Shown in pieces: positions 1 to 12,782 of a DNA stretch of 64,000 nucleotides. The stretch's first letter is position 1. Every line of letters begins with the position of its first letter. Origin of the DNA: Callorhinchus milii (taxonomy: Eukaryota); the NCBI RefSeq assembly GCF_018977255.1, contig NW_024704743.1, positions 94,180,001-94,244,000 of the forward strand, in the 5' to 3' direction. A model generated the notes under the pieces. It had not been told where the DNA came from and did not search any database. It was given only the letters and a program-made list of their open reading frames with translations. A program made the position numbers and the translations under genes.

Positions 1-277
1 GATTTGTACCAAACTAATTCTCATTATTATAATAATAATCCTTGCGTTTGATTTAGTGCCTTATCATTATAGCCTAAATATATGGAATCTGTGCCTCTTA
101 TAAGCGCTCTGAGACACTACTCTGCATGGAGGGCGCTATGTAAGTGCAAGTTGTTGTTGTTCTGTCTTCTTTCAATCTGTATAGTCTATATTCCTCAGAG
201 CTGACAAAGTTACAAGATGATCTGACTGAGGTTTTTTTAAATAATGAAAGAAATTGACAAGGTAGATAAAAATAACA

Positions 278-1657
278 ACAACAAGATTCCATTTATAGAG
301 CGCCTTTCACGTTGGGAGGACGTCCCAAGGCGCTGTACAGTTGGGTCAGGACCCGAGCAAGGGGGAAATAGTCAGGGTGAGGGGAGGGAAGGGAGGGAGC
401 GAGGAGGGGGTAGAGAGTCGAGAGGGGAGCTGAAGGCACGGTCAAAGAGAAAGGTCTTGAGACCGGCCTTGAAGGAGGAAAGGGAGGAAGCAAGGCGAAG
501 GCACTGGGGTTGGAGTTTCAGAGCCTCGGGGCTGAGAGGCTGAAGGCCCGGCTACTGATGGTAGGGCGGTTGGTGTGGGGGATGTGGAGCAGACCGGAGC
601 CAGAGGAACGGAGGGTACGGGCAGGTAGGTAGGGGGATAGTAGGTCGGAGAGGTAGGAGGGAGCAAGGCCGTGAATGGCCTTGTAGGTGAGGATGAGGAT
701 CTTGAATTCGATCCTCTGGGGGATGGGGAGCCAGTGGAGGCGAGCGAGGGTGGGAGTGATGTGGTCGCGAAGCCTGGTGCGGGACAGTACACGAGCTGCA
801 GAGTTCTGAATGACCTGCAGCTTGTGGAGGGAGGTGCCGGGAAGGCCGGCGAGGAGAGAGTTCCCATAGTCCAGCCTTCAGGTGATAAAGGCGTGGACCA
901 GAGTTTCAGCAGCGTGAGGGGTGAGGTAGTGCCGTAGTCTGGCGACGTTGCGGAGGTGATGGAAGGCGGTGCCAGTTGTGGCGCGGACATGAGGGAGAAA
1001 GGACAGCTCAGGGTCGAACAGAACCCCGAGGTTCCTGAGCGGCTTTGAGAGGTGGAGAGTGCAGCCTTGGATGCTGACGCTGTCAGCGCCTGAGGTGCGG
1101 AGGCGCTGACGTGAGCCAATCAGGAGGGCCTCAGTTTTGCGCACGTTGAGCTGAAGAAAGTTGTCTCTCGTCCAGGACTCGATGTCGGACAGGCAGCTGT
1201 CAGGACATCGGTGGTCGTGGAGTTGAGGGTAGAGGAGGAAAGGTAGAGTTGGGTGTCATCCGCATACATGTGGAAGTTAACCCCATGTCTGCGGATGATG
1301 TCACCAAGGGGGAGCATATAGAGGGTGAAGAGGAGGGGACCGAGGACAGAGCCCTGAGGGACACCGCACGAGACAGTGCGGGGACTGGAGGAAAAGCCAT
1401 TCGTGGAAACAAAGTGAAGACGGTGGGAGAGGTACGGCCTAAACCACTCAAGGACAGGGTCTTGAAGGTTGAGGTGGGAGGACAAGCGGTGGAGGAGGAT
1501 AGCATGGTCGACCGTATCGAATGCTGCCGATAGGTCGAGGAGGACGAGGAGGCAGAGGGAGCCCTGGTCACAGATGGTCAGGATGTCATTGGTGACCTTG
1601 ACCAGGGCAGTTTCTGTGCTATGGGCAGCACGGAAACCCGACTGAAGGGGTTCGAAT
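278..1657 (-). mobile_element. Young 5'-truncated L2-clade LINE (RT domain to 3' stem-loop tail) inserted into an old CR1 fragment
   Basis: RT motifs [35 protein letters not shown] and YADD; frameshift near 1197 and a stop near 878; (TTG)n tail. Putative TSD AATAACA at 271-277 and 1658-1664. CR1-like sequence lies on both sides (about 185-270 and 1665-1870). Confidence 0.92.
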
Positions 1658-4600
1658 AATAACACTTCCCTCTGGTCGTTTGATCCAAAACAAGAGGACA
1701 TTGCTTTAATATTAAGCCTAAGCAAGGGATGAAAAACATTTCTTCAGACAAAAGATTATGAGAATGTGATCTATATTACCCCCAGAAGATTGAAGATGCT
1801 GAAGAATCAACTGGGAAGTTGAAGATGAATGAATATTTGAAAAATGAGGGTATTAATGGATATGAAGGATTGTACAAACAATTAATTGCAGAGATGCATA
1901 AACATGTATTTTTATGGCAATGTCCCTACACTGCTACAGACATGAGTTACAGTTAGTCACAATCACAGTGGGAATTGTTAAAGTATAGCACTAAATGTAA
2001 ACATATTGACAATAAAAAAAGGATAAAGGCAGAGCAGCCAAGACTCCAACTAGAAGGGAGTAAATCAGAAAAATTGCCACTATTTATACGTAATTAATCA
2101 GTATTTCCTGCCAATTGATTAAAATCTAAATATGAGCGCCTGTCCATGGTCTGTACGTCTGATTGCTGAATTCCTGCCAACATATCAAATGTCATCCAAG
2201 TCCACTTAGTAATTTGATGAAGTTATATTTCCAGCACCCAAAGATACTCCTGTTGTATTATTCCTCAATTTGTCAGGCAGCCTGAAAGGTGGGGAGGAGG
2301 GGTGACAGCCCTTCTTTAACACAGTCTCATTGCAGAAATACAGCTAACTGTCCACAAGGATGAGTATTTGTTCTCAATAGCTGTTGGGCTGTGTGGAGCC
2401 TATGCTCCCAGTAGCACATTTCACAGTACTTCCAACAGTTTCAATATTTTCACTCTATAAATGCAGCAATGGCTCATCTCAATATGCCTGACATCATTCT
2501 CCTCAAAAATGTAATGTAAATGTAAAATGTCCCTCATACATGCTTTCATTACATCGAGGCTTCACTATGCAAACTCATTGCTTGTTGGCCTCCCCAACTC
2601 CCCCTTCTCTTTTTGAATGGTGCCATAGGATCTTTAATGTCCACCCAAACAGGGCAGACGGGACCTTGGTATAACATGTCATCTGGTAGGACTGCACCTC
2701 CATTAATGCAGCACAACTCAAGCACTGCATTGGAGTGGCATTCTGGACTACACAAGTTGTAAGTCACGATACTGGGCTTGAACCCACTCCTTCTGACGCA
2801 TAGGTCAGAGTTCTTACTGAGCCAGGCTGATACACTTTGCAGTGTGTCATTCAGCACTAATTAAGGGTCTTAATGTGTTAGCGGTTCATATACCCATCCC
2901 ACTTTTGTTTCTTCAAATAACTATGTGCTTACTTTGCACACATTAACTCCAACCCATCCAGAATTCCTCTCAATACGCATCATTTAACATATCATTGTTT
3001 TGTTTGTCTCAATGAAATACACATCATAGACCAATGTATTTTGTCATCACAAGGATTTCTTTATCACAAATGCCAAGAGTTCCCTCTGAACTTCATAAAG
3101 TTTCTGCGGTAGATATACTACCTCACCTTATTTCCTTCATTACTCTAAAGCATTTCATCTTTCAAAAAAAATTCAAGCACTCTTCAGAATGGTTATTTTA
3201 TTGAAAACTATTTACTTTATAAGAACAAATGTTGCCAGAGTTAGCTTCTCTCACTAAATCTTTTCTAACATTCTTTGGGGCCCCATTTGATTTTGAATAC
3301 TTTGCTGAGTTAAACATACCCAAATAGACTCTTTATTTCTTCCAATGTCTACTGCATTAATTGCAGTTCTCATCTCTATTTCACTCTACAATATCGTTAT
3401 GTCTATAGGATTTTCCAATCTATCTACATATTTATTTCCTTAAACTAATTATTCTAAATGAGATTTTACCATGGTTTCTTCAAGTTCCTAGTTCACATCA
3501 CACTAAATTACTCTTGGAACTGTGTGTTGTTTAAACAGAAAATAGCACGGCAGGAAGTTACATTCAAAATTAAGTCTTACTTGAACAAAAGCTGTTTTAA
3601 TACGTTGCTACTAGTTTATTGTGGCTTTTCACACCCATGAGATATTATCAGTATTTATGAGCAGTGTCCACATATACAAATGCAGAGGTCAAAATTTCTG
3701 TTTTGTCTGCTGGGTGTGTCTAGTATCCTGATAACCACATACCCAATCTGCATTACTCGCATGTCTTCTTAAAAAAAAACACCTTCAGTCCAAGTGAACG
3801 TTACCAAGTTTCTTTTAATAAGATATGCACACTGCTATAATCTGAGGTATCTCAGTGGTGTCCATTATTGTGACGCATTAAAAATATACTTTAAAGAGAT
3901 TTAAAATATATGCATACCTCCTCACACGTAAACAAACAAAAGGGAGTTAACATGTGAATCAGACTCCCAGTAAAAGGGAGTTGATGATGTCTCAATTAAC
4001 TTCATTAAAAAGGAGCTGCACAAATATCTTCTGAAAAAATATCTCATATTAGCCCTTACAGAATGCTCTCCAACAAATCTCACTCCATCACCAAGGCATA
4101 CCTCGGTTGGAATTCTGATTGACTGATTTTAGAAAATTCTTTATTGTTTTGCCTTGGTCAATTGCTGCTAATCTTCCCACCCTTCTGTGGGAAGCAAACT
4201 GATTAACGTTATTCCAAATGGAAGGTTGCAAAGTACACCTTTTCCCAACTGTAGATCAGACTCTGCAACCTGGTGTAATACTACCTACTGCGCAACTGCA
4301 TTTGGAGCCATTATTGTAGGAAAACAGCCATGTCCAACAAATCAGGAGGAGGCCATTCAGGCCACCAGTTTATTAGATCGTTTAATCCCATACCCTTTAA
4401 TATCTCTTACAGAAGTATCTGTCTCTCTTTTAAACATGCTTACTGATTCTGTCTGTATAGACTTAAGGGCCCATTCTTCATAACCATTTGTGTGAAAAAA
4501 TGCTTCTTGACATCAAGCTGAAGGATTCCAAGCCATAACTCTCCTCTCTTACATTTTGTAGGTTATCAGACCTACTAAATGTGTCTTTGTCAAAAAGATT

Positions 4601-5109
4601 GTTGTCTTCCTGCCTCTCCAGTCGTTATTCTTTTGTCTCTTGCCAATACCGTTCTCAAAACATTTGCAAATCCTCCTATCAATCATTGTTCCCCACTGAT
4701 GGCTCTCTTAAAGATAAAGATAATCTTTTGACTCACTTTTCTCCTCTATCTTTATGATCTTGGCAAAGAACTTTCATTTTGTTCTACCATTTTGACCACC
4801 CATTATAAAAGATATGAAACCCAAAGATCACTATTTTCAGTGATCAGCATATCAAATCCCAAGGAAATCTTCTTGTATATCTCACGTGTGTACTTTTTTT
4901 TATTATTGAGATACATAGTTGAAGTGCCAATGTCCACATGGCAGGACTCTATTAAGATGCAAGAATAGGAAAGAGAATAGTGGGCAGGTGATGCAAATTG
5001 AGGTTTAAAAGTGTGTTGATTTAAATCCCAGCAGTAAATGTAGGAATTCCAAAATTCACTGCTATGGAAATCAACTGCCTCTTTGATCGTCATACAGAGT
5101 TTGTAAAGT

Positions 5110-6090
5110 ATTTCCAAGTTTGCTGATGATACTAAGCTCGGAAGAGTAGTAAATGGTGAGGAGGGTGGTAGCAGACTGCAAGAGCACATAGACAGACTGG
5201 TAAAATGGGCAGACGTGTGGCAGATGAAGTTTATGTGGAGAAATGTAAAGTGATGCATTTTGGGAGGAAGAATGAGGAAAGGCATATAAGCTGATGGTAC
5301 AATCTTAAAGGGGGTGAAGGAACAGAGAGTCCTGGGGGTTCATATAAGTAAATATTTGAAGGTGGCAGGACAGACAGATAAAGCTGTTAAAAAAACCATA
5401 CGGGATACGAGGCTTTATAAATAGGGGCATAGAATACAAATGTCAGGAAGTTATGATGAACCTTTATAGAACACTGGTTAGGCCTCAGCTGGAGACTGTG
5501 TTCAGTTCTGGGCACTACACTTCAGGAAGGATGTCAAGGCATTAGAGAGGATACAAAGGAGATTTCCAGGATGGTACCAGGAATGAGGGACTTCAGTTAT
5601 CAGGAGAGGCTGGAGAAGCGAGGGTTATTCTCCTTGGAGCAGAGAAGGTTAAGAGGAGACTTAATAAAAGTTTTCAAAATGATGAGGGGATTCGATAGGG
5701 TGAACAAGGAGAAACTATTTCCACTGGAGGGTGGGTCGGTAACCTGAGGTCACCGATTTAAAATAGTTGTTAAAAGAAATAGAATTTTTTTCACACAGTG
5801 TTGTTCAGATCTGGAATGCATTGCCTGAAAGGGTGGTGGAAGCCGATTTGATACAACAACAACAACAATGATTACATTTGTATAGCGCCTTTCACGTTGG
5901 AAAGACGTCCCAAGGCACTGATACCAATTTTTAAGAGAGAAGCAGATAATGATTTGGGGAGTATAAGTTTACAGGGGCTATGTATGGGGAGAGAGCGTGG
6001 GAGTCGGAATGAATTGAATAGCTCTTTTCAAAGAGACACAATGTGCCAAATGGCCTCCTTCTGTGCTGTATAATTCTATGATTCTATGAT
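5110..6090 (+). mobile_element. CR1-clade LINE 3' fragment
   Basis: Coding remnants SKFADDTKLG, LVRPQLE.CVQFW and LRGDLI; CR1-type end GGCCTCCTTCTGTGCTGTA...(ATTCTATG)n. Confidence 0.9.
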
Positions 6091-7869
6091 CTGATTGGAC
6101 ATTCATTCAACTGATGCTTGTTGGACATGGCTGGCACAGAGTAGTTTTCTGCATTTGCATACGCAACAAATAGTCACCATAGTTCTAAGAAACTCATTAT
6201 GTGAAGTACTTTGAGGCATATGGCAAACATGTACCATTTCAAGTGAAATTATTATTTATTTTAATCTTCAGCTCAGACAATTGAAGAATGCATTGTGGAA
6301 GCAGCAGCTTAGCTTCCTGCACACTGGTATGAGATCAGCCTTATTATGATACATGAAAACACAAGCAATGATCAGCGTTTAAAAATCTCTTGTGTTTAAT
6401 TTAGAAAACCTCTAACTAATATCTACAAAAACAACATCTACAACAGGCTGAGGCCAACCTGGCTGTGGATCAAGATTTTCATTTCAAGAATGGACTAAAT
6501 TTACAGTTCCAGGATCTATTTGTACAAATCTGTTATCCAAATAAAATTCACATTTTGTCCAAAACAGATTAAATATTACAGGAAATATTTTTTTTTCTCC
6601 AGAAAACCTTTGCAGAAGTCATATTCATGGAAATTCTAAGAGCAAATATTTATTTTAAAATATTAGGTAGATTTAAATAACAGGATGAGGTCAGAAGATA
6701 GAGACATTTGTATGGAAGATATATTTCTCAAGATGTTGTATCTCATTGCCTGCTGACACGCAGCAAGACTTGTAGAAACTGACTGTAGTATGTACCAAAA
6801 GGAATGTACCTAACTTTTCATAGCTTATTCCATGGACTACACAGTGCATTATGGATTATTTTAAAATAAACAAATATTATAATTCCAGAATGGACAGCAC
6901 AATCTGAAAGTAAATCACCCTGGAGCGATTAGTATGAATTGATTTGGCTTCTGCTCAGAAATTATTGTCTAAAGGTTCTTGGGCAGAATCCAATTGACAA
7001 TGTTTGAACATTATTCAAGAGTTAAGCACACTACAAGCACCTCAATAATATTAAACAGAAACTAACGAGTCCAGAAAATCACCTCCAGAGCAATAAATAA
7101 GACACATAACACTAATTCAATAAATTCAGTATAAGTGGTAAATTTGCACTTATGTTTCTGCATTATCATGACCAAAGTTCCATATTACAGTGTAATATGT
7201 AGGAGACAGGGTGCCAAACACAAAAGCAACTCTCCAATGCACTAATAATGCCATAATCTCTTGTAGATCAACTTAGCTCATTCTTAGTCGGGTTGTGACT
7301 CCCTAAAAATAGAAAGAAATGTTTGATGGCTGTACCTTTACAAGCAGGGTTAAACTTGAGTTAAAATACCATGGTTGCAGCTGGTATAAATGTCACAGTC
7401 CGAGATAATAATTAGTAGAAGTAGTCGTGCTCAGTGGTTGCTTCATGGATAAGATCAAGGTAGCCTCATTTGATACAGGCATTTCAATGGTGAACTTTTT
7501 CATGAAAATCAATACCGTGAATTCCCCTATAGAATTTGCGTTTTTATGAAGCCTTATCAAGTCAAAAACATCTCAAAGTGCTTTATAGAAATCATTTTCA
7601 AGTGTTGTGGATGGGTTGTTCAGGCAAAAAGAGCAAACATTTTGCAGATAGCAAGGTCCTATAGAAAGCCAGGAAGTGAATGTCCAATTTTATCTCAGGA
7701 ACTATTGTGCAGGACACAAAGAAACTCATTTTTTCCAACTGGCATGTTGGGATCTTTAACATCTATCTGAAAAATAGGCAGACTGGAATTCAGTTTACCA
7801 TTTCATTTGAAAGACAGCTCCTCTGACCACAACGTGCTCCACCATTCAAGTGTCAATTGACATTATGAG

Positions 7870-9197
7870 CTCATTAGGAGGTGGCACTGTCGAAGAGGAA
7901 AGTTTTTACGCGGGATTTGAAACAGGGGAGAGAGGGGGCAAGACAGAGGGATTGAGGGAGATTGTTCCAGAGTTTTGGGGCATAGTGGCTGAAAACATGA
8001 CCTCCGATGGTGAGGCGGAGGGTGCGAGGGATGAGCAAGAGGCCGTTGCCAGTCTAGTGGAAGCGCCTGTTGGTGGATTGGGGAGTGAGGTGGTCGGAGA
8101 GGTGGGGAGGTGCCAGGGACCGAATGGATTTGAACACGAGTGTGAGGATCTTGAAGTCGATCCGTTTGGTGTTGGGGAGCCAGGCCAGAAATGGTGAGAT
8201 GCAGGTTCAGAGTTTGGTCCAGGTCAATATGCGGGCGGCAGTGTTTTGAATGAGCTGGATCTTGTGAATGGTGGAGACTGGCGAGGAGTGCGTTGGAGTA
8301 ATCCAAGTGGGAGGTGCAAAACCCACGCACAAAGGTTTTGGCTGCATTTGGGATAAGGTGCGGTGAGAGGCGGGCAATGTGGTGGAGGTGGAAGAAGGTT
8401 GTCCTGGTCAGGGACTGGATGTGGGGGAGGAAGGACAGCTGGGGGGGGTCAAACCAGACACCTACGTTGCACACTGGTTCAGTGAGTCTGAGGGAGAGCC
8501 CAGGGAGGCTGAGGAGTTTAGATCCACAGGAGTGAAGACGTTGATGGAAGCCAAGGAGTATGGCTTCCATCTTGTCTATATTCAGCTGCAGGAAGTTTAC
8601 ACTCATCCAGGCCTTGATGTCTGCCAGACAAGCTGATAGAACATTGACAGACCTGTAGTTGGTACTGGAGGAGGCAAAGCAGAAGTAGATGACACGCCAC
8701 GTGTCATCCGCATACATGTGGAAGTTTACCTCGTGTCTATGGATGACATCGCCCAGAGGGAGCATATAGGTAAGGAAAAGAAGAGCGCCAAGGATGGAGC
8801 CCTGGGGTACCCACAGATGACCAGGCGGGGGCAGGAGGAGAAACCATTTGCTGAGATGAATGGAAGCAGTTGGCTAAGTAGGACTCAAACCACGCATGAG
8901 CAATCCCACTAAGATAGATGAGGGAGGAAAGCCGATGGAGGAGGATGGCGTGGTCGACTGTGTCGAAAGAGGCAGAGAGATCCAGCAGGATGAGGAGGCA
9001 GACAGAGCCCTGGTCACAGATAGAGAGAATGTCATTTGTGACTTTGACAAGCGCTGTCTCTGTGTTGTGGACAAGGCAAAAACCAGACTGGAAGGGCTCG
9101 ACGAGGGAGTAGAGGGAGAAGTGTGACCGAAGTTGACCTGCAACAATGCGTTCCAGGACTTTGGCAGGGAAGGGTAGGTTGGAGATGGGACGGTAGT
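7870..9197 (-). mobile_element. Degenerate L2 LINE RT fragment
   Basis: [33 protein letters not shown] and NFHMYADDT, with frameshifts. Confidence 0.88.
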
Positions 9198-11119
9198 ATG
9201 AGAAGTGAGAAAGGTAAAATTCTGCACATACCAAAAAAAGTGGAACCTCTGACCTATGATGCAAAAGCTGGAATAGTAACCTGCGACCCCTTTGGAATGC
9301 AGACCCACCTTTGAATTTAGGGCGAGACAAAAGCATTCCCTGCCTATCCTTGAATCTCTAGAGATAAGGGAGTCCTTGCCACTAAGTCTGTAGTTCAACA
9401 AGCAGATACCATCACCGCCAAAGTGGCTGCTTTCCAAAACAGAAATATTAAGTATATGTAGCAAGGGCTTGTATGAGCATGTGATAAACTAAGTTCAGTT
9501 TCCATCTGGATAGCCTAATGTTCCAGAAACTCTTAAAAAACAGCATAGGATAGCCCGTGCTAGTTAACTGTCAGTGAAACATGCACAGCTAAATATGCCG
9601 TGGCATGTTTCCTGAACTGAGTTTAAGGGGAAGGAAATGGAGGAGATTATTTTCACGACCCCACCATCTTAATGCGAGTTATTATTATTTTTACATGCAA
9701 TATAATTTCCTTGAATTGTGAGCTTTGTGAGAATGAGCCGGTTTAGGTCTTCCCCTGATCTAGACTGCTCTGGTGACATCTCTGAGAGGAGCATGTTGTG
9801 CATTCTGATGCAGCTCCAATTTCTTCAATGGGGTCAGCCCTTCGAATTGGGATAGAAGTCAGTTCAGAGGTGTTCTGACCATAGAACACCAGCAGTGACC
9901 AACAATTACCCTGGAAATTTGGATCATGTCTACACGTGCTTGGATTCCAGAAGAACTTCCTAGCTTTGCCAGGCATGTGCCCTCAGAATCAGTTCAGCCC
10001 CAGGGGACTCTGTTTATAATACTAGATAGACACAATGTTCATAAGTGACCTCAAAAAAGTGAAGCATTGAGTATGATTTGAACTTAGAAGTTCCAATTTT
10101 TTGTTGTATCAAATTAGTTGCTTCAACATCCTGCACCCTTTTTTCTTCATATTCTGAAATACCAGTGAAATCCAAAGGGAACAGTGGAATGCAGAAGAGA
10201 TGTTTTCTAGCTGACCAACAGTAACTAGGGACTTTAAAACATGGAACAGAATCATTGCATGTGTTGCAGGGAGACATCTTTAGTAATTGCTGACTCCTAG
10301 AGAGATATTTGACAAAGGCCCAGATGGAACTGTCACTATTGGGGATACAGTTCATTCCATACATGACTCTGAATGTTCGAGGCTGAAAAAACTCTATTAT
10401 CTCAATACAGAGATTTAAGAGTTAATAAATATAACCAAATAAGTCTGTCAGCATTCAGCATTGATGGTTTAGAAACTGACACTGATCACAGAGCTCACTC
10501 TAATGAGCAAATGCTTGTTTAACAATAAGAGGGTACACTATTAAACCAATTTTTAAATTATCTTCCTATTAAATAGCATTTAAGCGCTTTGAGACATCTC
10601 GAAGACGCGATAAGGCTCTATATCAAATGCAAGAATTATTATTATTATTCACTCAAATAAAAACTGTTGTTCACAAACTAACATGAAAAGCATTTCACTA
10701 CTTCCTTAAATTGCAGCTTTGAGACATTATGGTGGCCATCTACATTATACAATCATAACATAAAGAATATTCAGTTGAAAAGCTTCTCAAAGTCAAACAA
10801 AATGCAAGCAGTTGTACCATGTGAATTTATTGTTGGAAGTAAGGCCTTCTTTGGATAACTAATTAACAATTCAAGCTTTGGTTGCATGAGCCAGGAACAT
10901 AAATATTAATTTGGGCACACACTAAATCTGCAGAGATTTACTCTTAAAGGGGAAATAAAGTGAAAATGAAGTGGGAATGCACTTTGTTCAGTCCCCTCAC
11001 TAGAATGAAAAAAGTCACTTCTCAAAGCATTCTTCGTAGTGAGAAATTCGGTCTTTAATGTCATACAATGCTACAACAGCAGAAGGGTGGGGGAGAAGTG
11101 ATCAAAAGTCCTGTAGTTC

Positions 11120-11442
11120 GTGGAGTCCTATAGCTCAGTGGTTAGAGCACTCGCTTTGCAAGTGAGAGACCTGAGTTCAATTCCAGGCAGGGCGAAACCT
11201 TGGGCAAGTTTCCTTACTCCACACAGAGCCTAATAATAATCCCTCCAAAACCAAAAACAATAATAAATTGGTCATTTTCAATCTACGACTGTTTGTGGGA
11301 CATTGCTGTGCGCAATTGGCTGCCGCATTTGCCCACAAATATACAGTCAATTCACTTTACAGTGTGTTTTATGAAGCGCTTTGGGACATCCTCCCAACGT
11401 GAAAAGCGCTATATCAAATGCAAGGATTATTATTATTATTAT
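11120..11442 (+). mobile_element. tRNA-Ala(TGC)-derived SINE, youngest subfamily (short body, L2-type tail)
   Basis: A box TAGCTCAGTGG, anticodon arm CTCGC-TTTGCAA-GTGAG, B box GAGTTCAATTCC, TGTTTGTGGGACATTGCTGTG core, stem-loop and (TTA)n tail. Near-identical to the copies at 15870, 29159 and 52000. Confidence 0.93.
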
Positions 11443-12407
11443 AAAAGTGCAAAGAGGTAGGTCTTGAGGATTTGAAAGCAGAGAAGGAACGGGGAAGGCT
11501 GAGGGATTTCGGGAGATGGTTCCAGAGGGAGGAGGCAAAATGGCCGAAGGCTCAGCCGCTGATAGTAGCATAAAGCAGATCAGACTTATTATAGAAGTGG
11601 CCGAAAGAGAAGGGTGGCAGAAGATCACAGAAATAGTTTAATGCAAAGCCATGAAGACATTTGAAAGTGAAGGCGAGGTTCTTGATTCACTGAGAACAGT
11701 GACGTCTGGGACATTGTAGAGAGTGAACTGGGACGCCAGCGAGCAGGGTGTGTAAATGTTTTTAAAATTAAATTGCAATACAACAGCAACAAGATTTCAT
11801 TTGTATAGCGCCTTTCACATCGGGAGGACGTCCCAAGGCACTGGAAAGTGTACAGCATCAGACCCAACCTGGGGACGAGGGGGGGAGAAGGGAGGGGAGG
11901 GGAAGAACAGAACACTAGGCCCATCAAGTCTATGCGTTTTTCTCCATATGAACCACCTAATCTACTCCTAATTTCCTGCTCATCATACATTTTTAACATC
12001 CTCAATATATTGTCCCTGAGATCCATGTCCTACTCACTAGCCTGCTCTGATAATGTAGAAAACTCCACTGACTTTTGTGGATAATGGCATTAGACTCAAA
12101 ATCCCATGCTGGCCCACTTACCCCAGGAAAATGTAGCACCAGCAAGTGTACAACAAGAAGAGGCAGCAAAGGCCCGACAAAGAAAGCTTGATAGGATGTA
12201 CACACGGAATAATGGTAGACAAATGAAATTCAATGCAGATAAATGCAAGCTATTTACAAGAATAGGAAGCACATATTCTCAATGGATGGGACCCTAATTG
12301 GCATGTATTCAATATATGGGACAGAACTTGCTAAGGGAAAAACTGAAACAAATGTTAGCTGACCCAATGCACATCATGGAAACATTTAAAATCAGCTTAA
12401 TCAGCTT

Positions 12408-12782
12408 GTGGATTCCTGTAGTTGAGTGGTTAGAGCACTAGCCTTGCAAGCAAAAGACCTGGGTTCAATTCCCGGCAGGGCGAAATGTCGGACAAGTTTC
12501 CTTTCTCCATACTCCTCTGTTTACCTAGCAGTAAGCTAGAAACCCAATTGTTAGTCGATTGGTGGATCATTTTTCCAGAGGTAATACTTCTTTGAAAAAA
12601 ATAATAATAAATTTGTCACTTCAATTCATGACAGTTTGTGGGACACTGCTGTGCACAATTGGCTGCCGTGTTTCACCCACAAAATATACAGTAAATTCAA
12701 TATATTCTGTGAAGTGCTTTGAGACGTCTCGAAGATGTGATAAGGCGCTATATCAAGTGCAAGGATTATTATTATTAATAAT
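12408..12782 (+). mobile_element. Same SINE family, older long-body subfamily
   Basis: Same head and core plus an extra segment of about 65 bp (CTCTGTTTACCTAGCAGTAAG...); older tail loop GAGACGTCTCGAAGATGTG. Confidence 0.88.

Noticed and set aside
9743..10364. Two minus-strand ORFs as further SPIDR exons
   Set aside because: No similarity to the expected next exon (GVLTVKIL...FPPW type) and no convincing splice sites.
11010..11060. Minus-strand HYEEC resembling SPIDR LHEEC
   Set aside because: An in-frame stop follows within four codons and the flanks do not match.
11120..11195. tRNA-Ala(TGC) gene
   Set aside because: No acceptor stem or terminator; it is the head of a multi-copy SINE.
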